This document shows positions 60,751-64,000 of a stretch of DNA of 64,000 nt, one piece after another. Numbering within the stretch: position 1 is the first letter of the stretch; each line of letters starts with the position of its first letter. The translations under genes were made by a program, and so were the position numbers. The notes beneath the pieces were generated by a model. The model was given only the letters and a program-made list of their open reading frames with translations. It was not told the origin of the DNA and searched no databases. Source of the DNA: Promethearchaeota archaeon (lineage in GTDB: Archaea; Asgardarchaeota; Lokiarchaeia; Sigyniarchaeales; SOKP01); contig JAEOTA010000019.1 in NCBI GenBank assembly GCA_016840085.1, positions 9,366-73,365 of the forward strand, written 5' to 3'.

Positions 60751-61800
60751 ATGAAAGAATTAACTGATATAGAAACCCGATGGCTAGAATCATTTGCCAA
60801 AACACATGATTTCTTTACGTCCTTCTTGCTCCATTACAAATTAAAAAAATACTTATCTAATAATCAATATTATTGGCTCCATCTTTACATTAACCAGGCT
60901 GAAGAAGATGGTGATACGCTATTAAACGCTGAAGAACTAAAATTTCTGGAAGAGAATTCTGAAAGTAATGAGAAATTGCGGGAATTATTGAAATTATATG
61001 AAGATAAAGGTTATTTGGAAAATCTTTTCTATAAAGAGTTCTTAGATTTAAAGACTGCAATAACGGGAAAAATTGAAGAAGATAAGCCAGTAGAAAGCCC
61101 CTTTAAACATAAAGTTGTAAAAATACCTTGTCCACATTGTAGTTTTCTGTGTTCACCCCAGATTCAGTTTTGCTCGAAATGTGGTGAACCTTTACCTAAA
61201 TTAGAAGGATATGATGGGCACAGCGGAATCTCAGATATACCTGATGTGGATTATACAGAAAGAAATATCATTCATTCACTTGAAAAGCTAATCAATCACC
61301 CTGTCCCTCTCAAAGAGGAATTTACGGTAAGCTCAACTTGCTACATTAAGGAAGGGGACGAAATTACTGGATTAAGCCTTTTCAACTGTGGATTGAACAC
61401 CCTGCCCCGTGAAATTCTAAAAATCAAATCGCTTAAGAATTTAGCGTTTAGGAGAAACAACCTTGAAAATTTGCCAAAAAATATTGGATTTCTTTCTCAC
61501 CTTGAATACCTGGATTTGCGATTAAATAACCTCGAGAAGTTGCCAAACGCAATAGGGCTCCTTATGAAATTGAGACGTCTAAATCTTAGCTCGAATAAGT
61601 TGGTAGAAATTCCAGATTCAATCGGAGAATTGCTGATGCTGAAAATACTAAATCTAAGTAATAATAAGTTAAGAAACTTACCCGAATGCATTGAAAACTT
61701 AACCTGTCTTGAATCACTAAATTTAAAAGCAAATTACTGGATTGAAATGCCGGAATACATTGAAAAATTAAAAGAACAAGGGCTTCATATCATTATTTAA
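60751..61800 (+). CDS. Zinc-ribbon plus leucine-rich repeat protein
   Basis: CPHC...FCSKCG; LxxLxLxxNxLxxLP repeats. Confidence 0.9.
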   Translation: MKELTDIETRWLESFAKTHDFFTSFLLHYKLKKYLSNNQYYWLHLYINQAEEDGDTLLNAEELKFLEENSESNEKLRELLKLYEDKGYLENLFYKEFLDLKTAITGKIEEDKPVESPFKHKVVKIPCPHCSFLCSPQIQFCSKCGEPLPKLEGYDGHSGISDIPDVDYTERNIIHSLEKLINHPVPLKEEFTVSSTCYIKEGDEITGLSLFNCGLNTLPREILKIKSLKNLAFRRNNLENLPKNIGFLSHLEYLDLRLNNLEKLPNAIGLLMKLRRLNLSSNKLVEIPDSIGELLMLKILNLSNNKLRNLPECIENLTCLESLNLKANYWIEMPEYIEKLKEQGLHIII

Positions 61801-61928
61801 TATTAAGTAATAATCATTTCTATAACATCTCCAGATACCAACGTCTCCGTATCCTACTTATTTTCATATACAAATGAGGTAATATAGCGCTAATTTATCT
61901 TTCTTTCAATTACTTTTTAATTATAAGA

Positions 61929-62231
61929 TTAAGGATTATTAGTATCTTCAAATTCTTTTAAAACTTTCTTATAACAGGCAGTAAATTCTTCAGGATTTTT
62001 AAAATTGATGTGATTAACTTGACTAAAATCTAAAATATGTTCTACATCTATTTCTTTCCATTTGAACTTCTCTGTTTTCGGAAATCCTTTCTTCTTTTTA
62101 CATTTTGATAACCGAATTTTTATTACATCATTATTGTCGCAAATTCGCATAACAGCATAACCCCATAATCCACCAATCCAGTAAAAATGTAAACTTTCAT
62201 AATTAGTATCAAAACTTTTTTCTTCTGTCAA
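61929..62231 (-). CDS. Hypothetical protein
   Basis: 100 aa ORF with GGGAGGAG RBS. Confidence 0.65.
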   Translation of the reverse strand: MTEEKSFDTNYESLHFYWIGGLWGYAVMRICDNNDVIKIRLSKCKKKKGFPKTEKFKWKEIDVEHILDFSQVNHINFKNPEEFTACYKKVLKEFEDTNNP

Positions 62232-62367
62232 TTTATTCTCCTCCCATTAATGTCTAAATTATATTTTTTCTAAATCTTTTTAAATCCAGCATATTTTGAT
62301 TGAGAAGAAATTGCTTTCTCTACTTATTCAATTAAAATTTAAATTTTAAAATTAGTTCTTCAGTATA

Positions 62368-62747
62368 ATGGACAAATCCATTTAAAAAAGGAGATATTCT
62401 TAAGATTTATCCTGATGGTGCTTCGCGCGGTAATCCCGGTCCTGCTGCCTGTGCTTTTCTATTTGTCCATAATGGTAATGTTATTCATGAGGGATGTGAT
62501 TACATTGGAAACGCGACCAACAACCCCGCTGAATATCACGCAATCATTAATGCGCTATAGACTGCTGAGAGGTTTCACAGGGGGCGTCTACAAATGTATT
62601 CTGACAGTAATCTGGCTGTCCATCAAATTGCTAAGAAATGGAAAATCAATTAACCGCATTTGACGAAGTTTTGCAACACGATCTATCAACTCTGTGAGAA
62701 ATATGAAAACATGGAATTTTTTCATCTCTGTAGGCAAAATCCATATA
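62368..62747 (+). pseudogene. RNase HI paralogue pseudogene
   Basis: Colinear with 30479-30860 (DGASRGNPGPAAC, TNNPAEY); in-frame TAG and TAA; 3' truncated. Confidence 0.9.
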
Positions 62748-62859
62748 CGGTTTTGAACTTGGACCGTCGTGAGAAGTGAAGGTACAAAAATGTTAAATAT
62801 TGGTGAATAATAATATATATCCGATCCCTAATTGAAAAAAGACAAAGAAAGTGTAAAAC

Positions 62860-63825
62860 TTAAGTGCCAAGTCTCACCGTGGAACGCGCCACCCAAGCCC
62901 TAAGCCTATTGCCTGAGCGATGCACAGACAAGTACAGCCGCGCACGATACCAGTAACCAACCGGTACTAGCCTTTTCAAGCGGTTTTCTCCCGAATTTGG
63001 CATATATGAACCAAGTAACCACAAAGCATTATTATCATACCGGTCATGACTTACTTGATTGGTTGTTTCAAGCCGATTTATAAAGTGGGTGAGAAAATCT
63101 TCTAGTGTCCATCCCGTTTCTCCCTGATAGGTTGGTGTACTTAAGGTTCTTAAATAATCATGAGGTGTAGAATATTCCTCTAGTTGTTTTCTTCTTCCTA
63201 TGACTTTACCCTGTCCTTGTTGAGGCATAATAAGTATTGGCTCAATTAGTCCCACACTCCAGCCGGGCACAGCACATAAGCGGGTTTCATGCATTACATC
63301 TTCTTTCATCAATCCTTGATGGTTACGATCGGTATAGGCTTGAGGGAAATAAACAAGATTAGGAGTATCCACTGCCTGACGCACCCTATCCCATATCCAG
63401 ATCGGTTCACCTGTATATACATGAACTGGTATGTCAGCGTCAGTAGAATTTTGTTTTGTCCGGAAAATTTTTCTCGCTACAGCATGTGTAAGAACGACAG
63501 TTTTTACTCGTTCAATAAGTTGTGAAATAGGTATTGCGATCGGCGTTAACTGAAGCTGAGTAAATCCTTGTTGCATTTTCCTCTCAACCAAATCCTTATT
63601 ACGTGTAAATACTTCTTGCAGCTGTTTTTGAGTTGGTACAGGATACTCTTTTCCGTCAATTCCAATCACCCCTAAATTATCCGATCGTGGAAGAAGGGTT
63701 AAAATTCCTGTTCGGTTCAATGCATTAATGGTGCGAGCATATTCCTTCTCAAGAGAGAATACTCCCTCGGCAGTTCTAGCTGTTTTGGAAAGTCCCAAGT
63801 CATTACTCTCTTCTTGCTTGTTCAT
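62860..63825 (-). CDS. Hypothetical protein with CLec-like C-terminus resembling DGR target proteins
   Basis: GWTLEDFL..F...LETTNQV..D...LWLLGSY...VPVGYW...ARSTVRL; GC visibly above background; start at MNKQ (63825). Confidence 0.6.
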   Translation of the reverse strand: MNKQEESNDLGLSKTARTAEGVFSLEKEYARTINALNRTGILTLLPRSDNLGVIGIDGKEYPVPTQKQLQEVFTRNKDLVERKMQQGFTQLQLTPIAIPISQLIERVKTVVLTHAVARKIFRTKQNSTDADIPVHVYTGEPIWIWDRVRQAVDTPNLVYFPQAYTDRNHQGLMKEDVMHETRLCAVPGWSVGLIEPILIMPQQGQGKVIGRRKQLEEYSTPHDYLRTLSTPTYQGETGWTLEDFLTHFINRLETTNQVSHDRYDNNALWLLGSYMPNSGENRLKRLVPVGYWYRARLYLSVHRSGNRLRAWVARSTVRLGT

Positions 63826-63829
63826 AATA

Positions 63830-64000
63830 TTATACAGGTGGTTGTGCATCAGGGCGAGATTCTGTAGCGGGTTTGCCTTCTATTCCCCAATGACTTTTAG
63901 GAATTTCATGAACAATAACTTCTACTGCTCGAGCAGGGATATCCATATCAATAAACACTTTAGTTATTCCCGAAATTATTTCTTTTACTTTTTCTTCTGA
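63830..64000 (-). CDS. 4-oxalocrotonate tautomerase family protein (5' end outside window); absent from ORF track
   Basis: Manual translation: SEEKVKEIISGITKVFIDMDIPARAVEVIVHEIPKSHWGIEGKPATESRPDAQPPV. Confidence 0.85.
   Translation of the reverse strand, partial: SEEKVKEIISGITKVFIDMDIPARAVEVIVHEIPKSHWGIEGKPATESRPDAQPPV

Noticed and set aside
62415-62663. ORF-track 82-aa protein
   Set aside because: Alternative frame of the RNase HI pseudogene.
1-64000. Integron-like cassette array, provirus, tRNA or rRNA genes
   Set aside because: No recurring intergenic recombination site, integrase, viral hallmark gene or structured RNA gene was recognised by eye; a covariance-model scan was not possible.

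Overview
AT-rich (about 30% GC by eye) archaeal chromosomal window. It is most likely from a Lokiarchaeia-type Asgard archaeon, judged from three Rab-like GTPases, longin-like proteins, Loki-CTERM tails, LRR/TPR proteins and GGAGGTGA-type ribosome-binding sites. It holds about 60 mostly accessory genes: an AOR operon, hydrolases, methyltransferases, MsrA/MsrB, acyl-CoA dehydrogenase, a ZIP transporter, radical SAM, a sialidase and VapBC. No rRNA, tRNA or CRISPR array was seen. Main items the ORF track misses or does not explain: (1) a peroxiredoxin-like gene with an in-frame TGA in a UxxC motif (probable selenoprotein); (2) three small genes whose conserved reading frames appear to start at ATT; (3) a membrane-receptor-longin / longin / Rab / HTH-V4R cluster that looks like a TRAPP-like signalling module; (4) a membrane-anchored caspase-family protease with a CUB-like insert; (5) a non-autonomous IS607-like element with a variant TnpB; (6) a GC-richer gene resembling CLec-fold DGR targets; (7) many decayed copies of genes that are intact elsewhere in the window. 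All family assignments come from motif recognition by eye; no database searches were run.
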